The notes below the pieces were generated by a model. It was not told where the DNA came from, did no database searches, and saw only the letters and a program-made list of their open reading frames with translations. DNA of 64,000 nt. It comes from a virus (lineage: Duplodnaviria; Caudoviricetes). Shown in pieces: positions 42,883 through 53,555 of the stretch; within the stretch, counting starts at the first letter, position 1, and every line of letters starts with the position of its first letter. Location: positions 65,808 through 129,807 of IMG/VR virus record IMGVR_UViG_3300033120_000864; one strand, given 5' to 3'. Both the position numbers and the translations under genes were made by a program.

Positions 42883-43815
42883 TTATCCTGCTATATTTTT
42901 CTTCGTAGCTTCGTATTTCTTAACTTTAGTGATTATATCAGTAAGTTCACTTGACAGTTCAGGAGTTTTTAAATAAACTATACTTTCTTCTATTGTTGGT
43001 CTGAAATTCAAACCACCTCTATAATAAAGTTTGTCTGTCTTGTTATACTTGATTATACCATAACTATAAGCTCTTTTAATAGAATTTGCTACTATTAAGT
43101 CCTCATTTGATAATTTCATTGCATCAAAGAACTTTTCTAACGAGTTCTCCAATTCATTACCAACTGTAGTAAATAATTCAAGATCTTCTTCTAATTTGTC
43201 AAAACTCTGGCCTTTCTTAGGCTTCAAACCTAAATAAAATGCTATGTTCCAAGCTCTATCATAATTAGCAGATTCACTATCAAAGAGTTCAGTCATCAGG
43301 TTACCCCTCTTTCTATCTGCTCTTATTTTTACTTTATTAAAGCTAGTTTCTTCTACATCTGTAGTTAAATAGAATTTAGCGTTCTTATACCTAGGATCAT
43401 GCATTTCTGCTTTACTCATAGGGATCTCACCTCTTCTCTTTAACACTATTAAAGCAAGTTCATCTAGTGGATTAACATCTGCATCAAAGGTTCTAACATC
43501 GCCTCTCATATTCACCACCATTGGTATAAGATAACCATTCCAAAATGGTTCATTCTTGTATGTGAGATCTGTTCCTATTAGAGCTTCAAGCCTTTGTCTA
43601 GTTTCTATAATTTCTGCCTGCCTTGTTTCCCTTTCTTTTTTATCAGGGATTCTAAGAACAATTGGATCATTTTCATCTAGTCCTGTTAAGTACCTTCTTA
43701 GATTATCATCATAAAGAGGTCCATAATAGTCTCCAGTGTTTGGAAACTTAGACAGATTATACTGTCCCAATTGCTCAAATTTATTTACTTTTTGATAAGC
43801 TTTTACTACTGACAT
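42883..43815 (-). CDS. Conserved capsid-module protein
   Basis: 310 aa immediately downstream of MCP; RYLTGLDE motif. Confidence 0.5.
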   Translation of the reverse strand: MSVVKAYQKVNKFEQLGQYNLSKFPNTGDYYGPLYDDNLRRYLTGLDENDPIVLRIPDKKERETRQAEIIETRQRLEALIGTDLTYKNEPFWNGYLIPMVVNMRGDVRTFDADVNPLDELALIVLKRRGEIPMSKAEMHDPRYKNAKFYLTTDVEETSFNKVKIRADRKRGNLMTELFDSESANYDRAWNIAFYLGLKPKKGQSFDKLEEDLELFTTVGNELENSLEKFFDAMKLSNEDLIVANSIKRAYSYGIIKYNKTDKLYYRGGLNFRPTIEESIVYLKTPELSSELTDIITKVKKYEATKKNIAG

Positions 43816-43844
43816 TTTATTGGTTTTTGGTTTTATTTTTCAAA

Positions 43845-45497
43845 TTACTGGAAAGTTCCATCAAGTTCTATCAGAACACTTCTAGTAGGGTCTTTCAACC
43901 AGATAGAAGATTGTCCTTCAGCCATCATAGTGAAACCATCTTGTCTTCCAGATGCAACTCCGTATTTACCAGAGTACAGTCCATAAGGTGAAGTTCTACC
44001 ATTTATGATTGTGAACTTAGTTGCTGGCATTCCAGAATTTCTGATCATAAAGATGTTAGCATTTCTGTTAGCACCTTCCATGAATTCTACACTAGAACTT
44101 GGAGTAGCTGCGTTAGTAGACTCACCATTAGTTACATCAAATATAGCAGAAGTATAAGAATACCTACCATATGCACCAATTAGTGGCTCATCAGCTTTCC
44201 TTGAAGTCTGTGCATCAAATGCTGGATTGTATTCAATCTCAACCCATCCAGTTCCAGGTAAGTACATCTTACTAACCTCGAAACCTGCACTCAGATTCAT
44301 TCTATCACCAGATACAATATTCAATCCTGTGTTGTTCAACACCAGACCAAATTGTGTAGCTGTTCTTTGCAGTTCTTCTGCAAACAGTCTTGTATACTCA
44401 TTAACTGCACCTCTACCACCTTGTACCTTGAAGTATCTGTCTTTAGGAGCAATATCAGGTCTTGAGTAGAACAGAGATCCAAAGGCATTCATGATAAGCT
44501 CTCTAGTGTACCTAGGAACTCTATATCTGTTACCTTTCTTCATCTGATCATACAGACCACCATTGATGTACATTGACATTCCCCTTGCACCCATTACTTG
44601 GCCAGGTTGTGCCCACATTAACTCATTTTCTTCCATCTTCAGGTATTCCTTAGCAAGCATGATTTCCACCATAGATGCCCAAGTGAGTGTACCCTTTTGG
44701 ATTTTACCAGTTCCATCATTCTTACCAAACACAAGAGCGAACTCTTCAGATGTTGGAGTCATGTAGGAATCATATTTCCTTGCTAAATCAATATTATGAG
44801 GAAGTTTCAATCTCTGAGCTGAACCTGTAATGGTGTATTCAACACCTCTCCAAGATCCCAGCTTATGCAGAAGCTTCATCATACCTGATTCTTCAACAAT
44901 ACCAGACATGTTTTCTGTAAACTCATTGAGTCTATTAGAAACCTTAAAGTATTGAGTACCAGGAGCTAAATAATATTTATTAAACCAAGTATTCTTTTTA
45001 TCTTGAGCTACAATTTCCACTGTATACTCGAAGCCTTCGCCTCTTTGATCACCAACTTCTCTAATGAAAAGTTGATCACCATCCCTATAGTCATAGGAGA
45101 TTGTATCACCCTTCTGGAATGTAGGTTCATTAGAACCATCACCCAAGAGAACTTGGAATGTTTGACCATCTATACCAGGGGTAAGATTGGTTACATCAGT
45201 AAGATCTTCCATTACCCTAACACCTTCCAACTTGTAAGGCATTGAGAAGGTGAACTCACCATCATCTCCATTCACATAAATAACATTTTTTTGAAGCTCT
45301 GTCATCTTGATCAGAGGAGTTGATACTAAGCTCATTTGGTTCCATACATCAATCACACCCAGATAGGTACGCTTAATGTCCTCACCCCATATATTAAAGA
45401 GGTGATTGGCATCTGAAAATATTCCAGATGTCTTAAAAGCAGATTTCTTTACTACTAGGTTATTGCCAAATGCACTAAAGGTAGGATATTGTGCCAT
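43845..45497 (-). CDS. Major capsid protein
   Basis: 550 aa; C-terminal SIWLKDPTRSVLIE and GGLYDQMKKGN resemble crAss-like MCPs; order portal - acidic protein - MCP. Confidence 0.85.
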   Translation of the reverse strand: MAQYPTFSAFGNNLVVKKSAFKTSGIFSDANHLFNIWGEDIKRTYLGVIDVWNQMSLVSTPLIKMTELQKNVIYVNGDDGEFTFSMPYKLEGVRVMEDLTDVTNLTPGIDGQTFQVLLGDGSNEPTFQKGDTISYDYRDGDQLFIREVGDQRGEGFEYTVEIVAQDKKNTWFNKYYLAPGTQYFKVSNRLNEFTENMSGIVEESGMMKLLHKLGSWRGVEYTITGSAQRLKLPHNIDLARKYDSYMTPTSEEFALVFGKNDGTGKIQKGTLTWASMVEIMLAKEYLKMEENELMWAQPGQVMGARGMSMYINGGLYDQMKKGNRYRVPRYTRELIMNAFGSLFYSRPDIAPKDRYFKVQGGRGAVNEYTRLFAEELQRTATQFGLVLNNTGLNIVSGDRMNLSAGFEVSKMYLPGTGWVEIEYNPAFDAQTSRKADEPLIGAYGRYSYTSAIFDVTNGESTNAATPSSSVEFMEGANRNANIFMIRNSGMPATKFTIINGRTSPYGLYSGKYGVASGRQDGFTMMAEGQSSIWLKDPTRSVLIELDGTFQ

Positions 45498-45513
45498 CTT
45501 TTATTTTTTAAAT

Positions 45514-46710
45514 TTAAATCGAGAAAGGATTCTTAATCTTTGTTTTGCCTGAAAATTCAGGTTCTGTTGTTGTTTTCTTATTAGATTCACCTTGACCTTT
45601 TCTTACAAAGTCAAAGACTTGTTTCTTCACTTCATTTGCAGTTTTAGTTTCATCCTCAAACTTATCAAAGTTTTTAAGGAATTTCATAAACTTATAATAC
45701 TTCTTAGGATCTTCTTGAATCTCTCTGAATTTAAGTAAGAAATCATTAGCCTTTTGGCCATTGCCTACATCATGTTTATATTCAAAATAAAACTTTTCCA
45801 GTTCTCTCTTTTCCCTATCAGGGATGTTATCCGAGTGAATGAATCTCTTTAGATTCTGATTATATTGTTGTTCTGCAATTTTCTTCCTTTCTTCCTGAGC
45901 TTGTTGTACAGCCATCATTTCTTCTGACTCTTCTTCAATAACTTCAAGCAAAAGTTTCTTATTTTCTTCAGCTTCAGTTCTTAAAGCTTCTTCACCTTCT
46001 TCTTTTAAAAGGTTGATTTGTTTACTAATCCAAGAAGGACTCTTCTTTGCTCTAGTATAATATTCTCTTATGACAGTTTCTTGTCCTTGAACATCATCTA
46101 AATCTATATTTTGAATATCTACAGACTCTTTAAACACTTCAAATAGTGCTCTAGGATTTCCATTTAAATCTTCAAATTGAACTAGTTTTCTACCAATATC
46201 TCCAAGTGAATTTATCTTTTCACTGAATTTCTGATTAGCTTTATGATCTGCTTGAGCTTCAAGTAATTGAGCATAACTTTCTTCATCATATTCTGCTTCT
46301 TCTCTACCCTCAAAATCAACAAACAATCCTTTAGCCACCAAATAATCAACTGCAGCTTTATAGTTAATTTCTACTGCAGGCTCATCCTTCTTAGGATCAA
46401 CCTTATTGGTTTCTTTGGTTTTAGGAGCGTCTTTTTTAATGTCTTCAGGTTTCTGACCTTTATCAGGCTCTTGGTGATCCTCGTTTTCTAAATCATCTTC
46501 TTCAAGAGTCTCTAGGTCTTGGACAGGACTTAAAGTAGGTCCCTTAGGAGGGATAGCGTCTACTTTCTTATCTTTTGTAGGCTCAACTTTGGTATCGAGC
46601 TTTACTTCTTCTTGTTTTTCATCCTTCTTTCCTCCTATGATCTCATCATCGCTAAGCATTGACTGGATTTCATCATCAGAAAGAGTATCTACTTGAAATG
46701 TAGGTATCAT
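45514..46710 (-). CDS. Acidic scaffolding-like protein
   Basis: 398 aa, D/E/K-rich with coiled-coil character, between portal and MCP. Confidence 0.55.
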   Translation of the reverse strand: MIPTFQVDTLSDDEIQSMLSDDEIIGGKKDEKQEEVKLDTKVEPTKDKKVDAIPPKGPTLSPVQDLETLEEDDLENEDHQEPDKGQKPEDIKKDAPKTKETNKVDPKKDEPAVEINYKAAVDYLVAKGLFVDFEGREEAEYDEESYAQLLEAQADHKANQKFSEKINSLGDIGRKLVQFEDLNGNPRALFEVFKESVDIQNIDLDDVQGQETVIREYYTRAKKSPSWISKQINLLKEEGEEALRTEAEENKKLLLEVIEEESEEMMAVQQAQEERKKIAEQQYNQNLKRFIHSDNIPDREKRELEKFYFEYKHDVGNGQKANDFLLKFREIQEDPKKYYKFMKFLKNFDKFEDETKTANEVKKQVFDFVRKGQGESNKKTTTEPEFSGKTKIKNPFSI

Positions 46711-46797
46711 GTATTATTATTGGTTTTGTAATGTAAAAGTAATACTAAATTTCGTCAAATCAAAATATTGGTATATAGATTTCCTTTATAGGTATTT

Positions 46798-46968
46798 TTA
46801 TAACCAGATATATTCAACTTGAGAAATCCAGTATTTTTTCTTGTCTAATTTAGAGGCAGTTATCTTTTCAATTGTTTCTTGTTCTCTTTTCACACCTCTT
46901 TTCTGAATTGAGAGTAGAGCTTTAGTTTCTCTAGAGTGTCTTTTTCCTGTATTACCATGTACAAACAT
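46798..46968 (-). CDS. 56-aa NUMOD3-motif microprotein or homing-endonuclease remnant (not in ORF track)
   Basis: Hand translation MFVHGNTGKRHSRETKALLSIQKRGVKREQETIEKITASKLDKKKYWISQVEYIWL; starts immediately after the portal stop. Confidence 0.55.
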   Translation of the reverse strand: MFVHGNTGKRHSRETKALLSIQKRGVKREQETIEKITASKLDKKKYWISQVEYIWL

Positions 46969-46969
46969 A

Positions 46970-49678
46970 TTATTTCTTAGGTTTAGGTTTATTTCTTATC
47001 TTCATCTTTTCAATTGCTTTATCTGATGCCATTTTTTCTCTTTCCAGTTTTGCAGCCTTAGCAGCATCTTCTTTCTTGATATTCAATTCCTTATCCTTTA
47101 AATCTAACTTAGCATGTTCTATAGTATTCTTAGCACTTCTTTCAGCTTGCTTATCAGACAACTCATTGTAATGCTTAAGTCTATCAAATTCTAATTTCTC
47201 TCTCATGAGTCCTTCATCAGCTGCATCTGAGGCTAAAGATGGGTCTTCTGAGAATCCTAATGCTTTTATTTCAGCTTCTCTAAGTTTAACTTCCCTATCA
47301 AGCTGTTTATTCATATTATCATTCTCTCTAGCTTTATCTGCTTCTTCTTGTTGAGCTTGGATTTGTTGCTGTTGCATATCCTGAGCTTGTTTCTGCTTTT
47401 GTTGTTCCATTTCTTGTTGCTCACCTTCAGCTTGTTCAACTCTTTTCTGTAATTCTCTTACAGATGTAGCTGTAGCCATGTCAATAAGTTTACTCATAGG
47501 AAGGTTAGTAGTGTTATTCTCTAAAGCTAATTGTCTGATAGTTTCAAACTGTCTTTGAGCTTCTGCAGAATTTACCATGTAAACTCCAAGATCTCTTAAC
47601 AATAATTCTGTACCATTTATCTTTAGGAATGCTCTACTTAAATCACTTTGAATATAAGATAAGGTTATATCTTCTTCTCTGGAAGCTACAAACTGAGCAA
47701 TATCCAAATGCATCTTATTTCTTCTTCTCTTATAGTTATAGAACTTCTCAAAGTAAGATTCTGTTTGAGCATAGGAGTTATTAACTGCTGCAGTAGTTCC
47801 TGTAGCTGTTTCTGAGGCTTGTACAGTACCCGCTCTCTGTGGAGTGATACCTATTTGATTATAAGCTTGTTGTTCCACTAGCATGGCTAGATTGATCAAT
47901 GCTTGTATTCTATTAGACTCATCTAAGTCAATAGTTTGATAGTGTTGGAAATTAGATCCTTGAGTATTACCTGGTCTTGCATCTACAATACCTACACCTA
48001 AGGATTTAGCAATGTTCATAAACTTCTCGTATGAATTTTCTCCACCCCAGTCTTTTAACTTAGGAAGGATGTTGACATCCATTAAGAAGAACTTACCATT
48101 ATTTCTTTGAGCTATCTCATATGCTTGGTTGTAAAGAATGTTATAGAAGATTTGATAAGGTTTCATTAAGTCTACTAAAGACATACTTCTACCATTTCTA
48201 TTATTAAATACTTGTCCACATACAGGGAGCTTAGCATTAAAAGGGCTATAATCTCCCTTAAATTGAAACTCATTAGGTCCAAGATCCAGATATGTTGCCA
48301 TACCTATTCTCTTCTCTGCGTTAGTATTATAATTAGCATTTATCTTTATACCTTTCCATACTTGTGGTACCCATGCCCAACATATAGTGTTTGGTTCATC
48401 TGAATCTCTAAAAGATTCCTTTACTACCTCTACTCCATGAAGTTTAGGATCAAAATACTCATCTACTATTTTTACTTCTAGCTTTTGAGTTTCTGGATTT
48501 ATAGTATTAAGTTTGCCTATTTTTCTTTGTGATTTCCAATAAGCTTCAGTAACTTGTACTAAATCTCTTTGTGAAAAATAATGAAGACCTCCTGTTAATA
48601 GTTCATTCTCTGAAGCATTATCCATAACTGGAATAGAAGCTAAAGGACGTCCTGAGTGAGGATCAAAACCTAAAGTGTTTACTTGACTTGCAAAGTCTCT
48701 ATAATCACTCCAAGGCATCATAGTGGCATTAAAGAATTCTGAATACACATCTTCTTTATCACTATCTTTATAATATTCTGGATAGAGTGCTTCAAGTTCA
48801 TCTTGAGTCATCTTCCATCCATATCTATCTATTACTTGAGACTTAGATATGTAGAATACTCTTCCTACAAAATCTCCATCTTCTATATATCTTATTTCAG
48901 GACTATAATGAAAGAATGAATTAATTGGATTCCAATTCTCTATATTGTATCCTGTAGATGTAAGATACATATGTGAGATACACCTATCAGCAACAAGCAT
49001 ATCTTCAAATTGTTCTACATCTTTTTCTTTAAGATTAAATCTTTCAACATCATTAACAAGTATACATTCTCCCCATGCTTCAGCAGCACTTCTATAATCA
49101 TATCTCATATATCTCTCAATAGACTTAGGAGTAAGTTCTTTCTCCTTAGCCATAAGATCTTGTTGATATTGATCTGCTTCTTCTTGTGTATCAAAGTCTT
49201 TTTTATCTACATCAATACCTTGTCTTTGTAACATTCCCATTACTTCAGAATGTACTTGCTCCTGAACATAAGATTGTACTAGTTGAGTTTTAGCTCTGAT
49301 GAATTCATTATCAGCTTCTTCACCTGCTGCCTTCACTCTAAATATGTCTGGTCTTTTTATGAATTCACCTACTAGAACATTTACTGCTCTGGAAGTAATA
49401 TCATAATGTTTAAGATACTTAGGAAGATTAAACTCCTGAGAAAGGGAATTAGTAATATCAGAATAGTCTTCTCTATCAAAATAGTGTTCAGCTATGAACC
49501 TACCTTTGATAATTTCATAATTCTCTTTCAATGAAAGATTCTGAAGAAACTGTTGTCTACCAATAGCTTCTATAGAATCCATACAATCTTTAGCCCATTT
49601 CTTATCATCCTTAAGTTTCCTTTTTAAAGGAACTTGCTGTGGAGGAAGGATAGTATTGACGCTTTTGTTTAATAACAT
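46970..49678 (-). CDS. Portal protein
   Basis: 902 aa; LPPQQVP N-terminus, VNVLVGEFIKRP, SLVDLMKPYQIFYN, IGITPQRAG; Gln-rich C-terminal coil; follows TerL. Confidence 0.9.
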   Translation of the reverse strand: MLLNKSVNTILPPQQVPLKRKLKDDKKWAKDCMDSIEAIGRQQFLQNLSLKENYEIIKGRFIAEHYFDREDYSDITNSLSQEFNLPKYLKHYDITSRAVNVLVGEFIKRPDIFRVKAAGEEADNEFIRAKTQLVQSYVQEQVHSEVMGMLQRQGIDVDKKDFDTQEEADQYQQDLMAKEKELTPKSIERYMRYDYRSAAEAWGECILVNDVERFNLKEKDVEQFEDMLVADRCISHMYLTSTGYNIENWNPINSFFHYSPEIRYIEDGDFVGRVFYISKSQVIDRYGWKMTQDELEALYPEYYKDSDKEDVYSEFFNATMMPWSDYRDFASQVNTLGFDPHSGRPLASIPVMDNASENELLTGGLHYFSQRDLVQVTEAYWKSQRKIGKLNTINPETQKLEVKIVDEYFDPKLHGVEVVKESFRDSDEPNTICWAWVPQVWKGIKINANYNTNAEKRIGMATYLDLGPNEFQFKGDYSPFNAKLPVCGQVFNNRNGRSMSLVDLMKPYQIFYNILYNQAYEIAQRNNGKFFLMDVNILPKLKDWGGENSYEKFMNIAKSLGVGIVDARPGNTQGSNFQHYQTIDLDESNRIQALINLAMLVEQQAYNQIGITPQRAGTVQASETATGTTAAVNNSYAQTESYFEKFYNYKRRRNKMHLDIAQFVASREEDITLSYIQSDLSRAFLKINGTELLLRDLGVYMVNSAEAQRQFETIRQLALENNTTNLPMSKLIDMATATSVRELQKRVEQAEGEQQEMEQQKQKQAQDMQQQQIQAQQEEADKARENDNMNKQLDREVKLREAEIKALGFSEDPSLASDAADEGLMREKLEFDRLKHYNELSDKQAERSAKNTIEHAKLDLKDKELNIKKEDAAKAAKLEREKMASDKAIEKMKIRNKPKPKK

Positions 49679-49683
49679 ATTTA

Positions 49684-51777
49684 TTATTTAATTCCTATAA
49701 AAGGAGATTTGAAATTTGGTGTGTTGTTTCTTTGTTGTGAAAAAGGACTTGAAGAATGAGTATCCATTCCCACAAATGGAGAAGTGAATGTTTTTCTATG
49801 TGGTTGTTCTTTTTCTCTTGGTGCATTTAAAACAAAATCTGTAATTGGCATACTAATATCTAAGTACCTAGCTACAGTGAGAGCATGTCCAAAAGATATA
49901 ATTCTATCATAGTTACCATCATGTATTCCTTTAGAAGCAGATGATTTAGCTTTATATTCTATCATTTCCTGGAGAAGCATTGGATCTGGTATTCTTACAC
50001 ATCCCATCTTAATTATCTCATCTCCTTTATCATCATAAAGAAATATATCTTCTTTAGTATATTCTACCTCAAGATTCATATAATATCTTTGATTTACTGT
50101 ACTTGCTGATAATCCTTTATTTCTTGTTGATTTAGATTGAGGATTAATTTGTTTTGCTAACTCAAGAGAATCTATAAGAAGATGTCCTCTATTCTTAAAG
50201 AAGAAATATTGTATTAGTGTTTTATCTTCATTTTCTGGAAGTACTAAGGCATTATAATACTCTGCAAGATCTAATATAAGTCTATGAAAATCTTTGACCT
50301 CTCTACATCTTCCTGCATATGAAGCTACAATACTATTCTGATATTCTCCAAGAGGAGTATACATTCTTTTAAATACATAAGCTGATCCCAGAGAGTTCAC
50401 TCTATCACTAGATTCATTCTCATTATATGGATCCACTCCCATTACATAGGTTCCAAAAGGAAGTCCTGCTATAGGATGTTCATATATAACCACTGGAGCT
50501 TCTTTAGGATCTTTTGGATTCAAAGGAAACTTAGTAATGGGCATTTTATCAGATTCTTTAGTGGAAACTTTAGAGTCTGTTGTTCTATACATCTCTACAC
50601 ATAAAGGCTCATAACTCCTTTCTAAGAATGTCTTGTGAGCTTTGATTGCATCTATTGGGAAGTTATTATTAGAGTCTGAAAGGAACATTTCCTCTATTGT
50701 AAGAGGATAGTACATCTTCCATTTGTTGTACATTTGTACATCACCTGATTCTAACAAAGCATCAAGTTCAGATTGAATCTTCTTTCTTGCTTTCTCTTTA
50801 TCAGAAACTTTAATTTCAATATCCCATAATTCAGAGTCCTCAGGAATTGTTTCTAACATTCCTTCTTGTAAAAGATATGCTGCTAAAGTAGAATCATACT
50901 TACAATCAGATCTATATTCTCCTGACATAAATGTACAGGTTTTTCTTCCATCAGGTTGTATTTCAGCTATAAGATTATGTGCATCTGGATTAAAGAATAT
51001 CTTCTTAGCATCTTCTGCTGATACAACATTACCACCTGTAAATACCAGAATAGGAAAACATCCCCATCCATTTTCACCAAGCATTGCTGGTTTAGAACCA
51101 AGAAAAGCAGAGAGCATTTCTGCTTTGGCTATCTCATCCCAAATATTACACTTAAGATTTGATACACCCGCTGCTTTTTCTGTACTCTTACCTGCATTAG
51201 TATTCCTAATTACATATTGAGAGTACACAATATTATCATTATTTTTTCTCTTAACACCTAAGAGAACACGTTCATCACTCCAATCCCTTGTGATTCTTGG
51301 GATTCTAAAATATGGACTACAATTAAGAAGGCCATAATCTAAATACTGAGTGAGGTTATTTAAGTCATCTGTACTTGTACCCATGATGAGGTTCTGTCCA
51401 TCTCTAAAGATGACACCAGTTCTACCTGCATATGAGGATTCAAAAGTACTCTTAGCAATCTGTCTACTTCCACCAATACAAATACCTTCATTTGTTTTCT
51501 GTGCCTGTAGAATCAAACCATTAATCTTAACTTCATTATCCCTAAGAGGAGGAGTAACAGAAAGAGGAATTGTTTCTCCCCAATCTGTTTTCTTCATCAT
51601 TCTAATTTTCCAATGATTAAGATGCCAATAAAGCCATCCTGACATTTGAAAACCATCTATATTGATTCCTCTCTCGACTTTAAACTTTTCTTTTTCCCAG
51701 AACTTTTTATATTCTGGATCATCTTTGTCATGAGGAATATCCCCCTTGTCAAAGTTTACAAACATTTGTTTACTCAT
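49684..51777 (-). CDS. terL: Terminase large subunit
   Basis: SRQIAKST Walker A variant, IWDEIAK Walker B, VMGVDPY nuclease motif, GNYDRIIS. Confidence 0.9.
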   Translation of the reverse strand: MSKQMFVNFDKGDIPHDKDDPEYKKFWEKEKFKVERGINIDGFQMSGWLYWHLNHWKIRMMKKTDWGETIPLSVTPPLRDNEVKINGLILQAQKTNEGICIGGSRQIAKSTFESSYAGRTGVIFRDGQNLIMGTSTDDLNNLTQYLDYGLLNCSPYFRIPRITRDWSDERVLLGVKRKNNDNIVYSQYVIRNTNAGKSTEKAAGVSNLKCNIWDEIAKAEMLSAFLGSKPAMLGENGWGCFPILVFTGGNVVSAEDAKKIFFNPDAHNLIAEIQPDGRKTCTFMSGEYRSDCKYDSTLAAYLLQEGMLETIPEDSELWDIEIKVSDKEKARKKIQSELDALLESGDVQMYNKWKMYYPLTIEEMFLSDSNNNFPIDAIKAHKTFLERSYEPLCVEMYRTTDSKVSTKESDKMPITKFPLNPKDPKEAPVVIYEHPIAGLPFGTYVMGVDPYNENESSDRVNSLGSAYVFKRMYTPLGEYQNSIVASYAGRCREVKDFHRLILDLAEYYNALVLPENEDKTLIQYFFFKNRGHLLIDSLELAKQINPQSKSTRNKGLSASTVNQRYYMNLEVEYTKEDIFLYDDKGDEIIKMGCVRIPDPMLLQEMIEYKAKSSASKGIHDGNYDRIISFGHALTVARYLDISMPITDFVLNAPREKEQPHRKTFTSPFVGMDTHSSSPFSQQRNNTPNFKSPFIGIK

Positions 51778-52093
51778 CTATTTCCATTATACCAGAGATT
51801 TCTACATCTCCTTTAGTTACTACTTTGCTTTTAGCTTCTTTCTCTCTAAGCTCAGCTAATCCCTGTAACATCTTTGGAAGCTTTTCCAAGATAGTCATTA
51901 CAGTTTTAAGCTGATCCTCTTTAGAAGAAACCAATGCATCTACAATTTTACCATTAGGCATAGCTCTTGGACCATATCTATCAACAAGGTTATCCAAATC
52001 ATAGTTATCTATAGCTTGTCTTGTTTGTTTTAGTTTAAGTTCCAACCATTCTAGTTCAAGAGATATATAAGTATTTACTTTATTTGCTGCCAT
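51770..52093 (-). CDS. Hypothetical helical protein upstream of TerL (possible small terminase)
   Basis: 107 aa, overlaps the TerL start; function inferred from position only. Confidence 0.4.
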   Translation of the reverse strand: MAANKVNTYISLELEWLELKLKQTRQAIDNYDLDNLVDRYGPRAMPNGKIVDALVSSKEDQLKTVMTILEKLPKMLQGLAELREKEAKSKVVTKGDVEISGIMEIDE

Positions 52094-52427
52094 TAATTAC
52101 TTTTTGAACTTCGTCTGTAAATTTTACTTTACCATCTTCAATAGAAACCATACTATCTAAGGAAGAAACTTTCAAGGATTCTAATTTTGCATTCTGTTCT
52201 ACAGAAAGTTCTGTAGCTAAGTCTGCTTCAAATACTCCTTTGAGTATCTTACATACAGTTTTAAATTCTATTTCAAGAGCCATTTTCTTACTGATACAAG
52301 CTCCCACTTTTAATTTGTCTCCATTGGTGACAAGGTTGACTTTGTTTTTGTCAATCATATCTTGTACTATTCCAATATCGACTAGTATACCATCTAAACT
52401 ATCTATTAATATTTGTTTTGTTTCCAT
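52080..52427 (-). CDS. Hypothetical protein
   Basis: 115 aa, coupled to neighbours. Confidence 0.55.
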   Translation of the reverse strand: METKQILIDSLDGILVDIGIVQDMIDKNKVNLVTNGDKLKVGACISKKMALEIEFKTVCKILKGVFEADLATELSVEQNAKLESLKVSSLDSMVSIEDGKVKFTDEVQKVINGSK

Positions 52428-52936
52428 TATTTTATTATGAATGCATTATCAATACTTTTTTCTAGGCTTATCCAACCAAGATCCATTATATAAACACTTT
52501 TAATTCTAAATTTACTTGTTAGACTTTCTAAATCTATACTCTCTAATTTAAACATTTCAATATAGGTTTTAAATATATTATGAATGTTATGATAGATAAA
52601 ATTAGGAGCTGTTATAGTTATATATCTTTTACTAGCTTCCTTACTACATAGTATTGGAACAGAATCAATATAAATCTTTATTAAGTTTTCTAATGAAGCT
52701 TTACTAAAAACTTCTCCTATGTAAACTTTTTCTTCATCTTCAGATAGTGTACATACATCTTCTAAAGATGGACTTTTAAAAGCATTATAAATATTAAATA
52801 TTTCTTCATTAGATTGGTGCTTATCCAAAGAGTCTTTACAACTCGATATCTTAGTTCCAAAAGATTGGAAGGTAGGATTAGTTATCTTATCTTCCATACT
52901 TGGTATTGTATTCATAATCTTCAGAAAATTCTCCAT
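52427..52936 (-). CDS. Hypothetical protein
   Basis: 169 aa; true start may be a downstream Met. Confidence 0.5.
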   Translation of the reverse strand: MENFLKIMNTIPSMEDKITNPTFQSFGTKISSCKDSLDKHQSNEEIFNIYNAFKSPSLEDVCTLSEDEEKVYIGEVFSKASLENLIKIYIDSVPILCSKEASKRYITITAPNFIYHNIHNIFKTYIEMFKLESIDLESLTSKFRIKSVYIMDLGWISLEKSIDNAFIIK

Positions 52937-53207
52937 TGCCTAGATAGGATTGTTCAAGTTCCCTTTCATATTCTTCTAGCCTTTTAAAATACTTATCATT
53001 AGTCCAATTATATGGATCAATGATTGTAGTGGTTAGTTTCTTAGGATTTCCATTTACTTCTCCCTTACTCCTAAGCACATTAAGTCTGTGTTGTGCAATT
53101 GAAATGTCTGGATATGTTTCTGCTATTACAGCTTCCTTGTTAAGGATTGCGCTTCTCAGATACCTTTCATTCTTGTTATCTTTGAAGTCTTTGATTGTTA
53201 ATTCCAT
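52887..53207 (-). CDS. Hypothetical protein
   Basis: 106 aa with an A/C-rich leader. Confidence 0.55.
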   Translation of the reverse strand: MELTIKDFKDNKNERYLRSAILNKEAVIAETYPDISIAQHRLNVLRSKGEVNGNPKKLTTTIIDPYNWTNDKYFKRLEEYERELEQSYLGNGEFSEDYEYNTKYGR

Positions 53208-53240
53208 TGGTTTTTGGTTTTAATTATTTTAAATCTAATG

Positions 53241-53313
53241 TGGAACCCCTAAGACTCGAACTTAGATATCTGGAGTTTCAGTCCAGTGCATTGACCATCT
53301 TTGCTAGAGTTCC
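53241..53313 (-). tRNA. tRNA-Phe(GAA)
   Basis: Acceptor GGAACTC/GGGTTCC+A; anticodon arm CTGGA-CTGAAAC-TCCAG; T arm CTAAG-TTCGAGT-CTTAG. Confidence 0.9.
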
Positions 53314-53378
53314 TGGTCTTTTTCTACGCTTATAACTTATAGCTACCCTATGAAAATTTTAAAACAGTCTCCAAATCT

Positions 53379-53555
53379 TTATTTAGTTAATTCAAATTCA
53401 TAATGTTTTCTAGTATCTTTATTACTCCATACTACTTCGTACAGTACTGTAAAAGAGACATCTACTAAAAAGCCACATACAACTCCTTCATCTCTTCCTA
53501 TCTTATTATTGAAAAACACTCTGTCTCCAATATTAAACTTTGTTTCTATTACCAT
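53379..53555 (-). CDS. Small beta-rich protein (likely start MVIETKFNIGDRV)
   Basis: Internal ATG at 53555 overlaps the end of the upstream gene; KFNIGDRV pattern is common in small phage SH3-like proteins. Confidence 0.5.
   Translation of the reverse strand: MVIETKFNIGDRVFFNNKIGRDEGVVCGFLVDVSFTVLYEVVWSNKDTRKHYEFELTK

Noticed and set aside
43845-51777. Introns or inteins in TerL, portal or MCP
   Set aside because: All three are single uninterrupted ORFs of ordinary length with no evident intein motifs.
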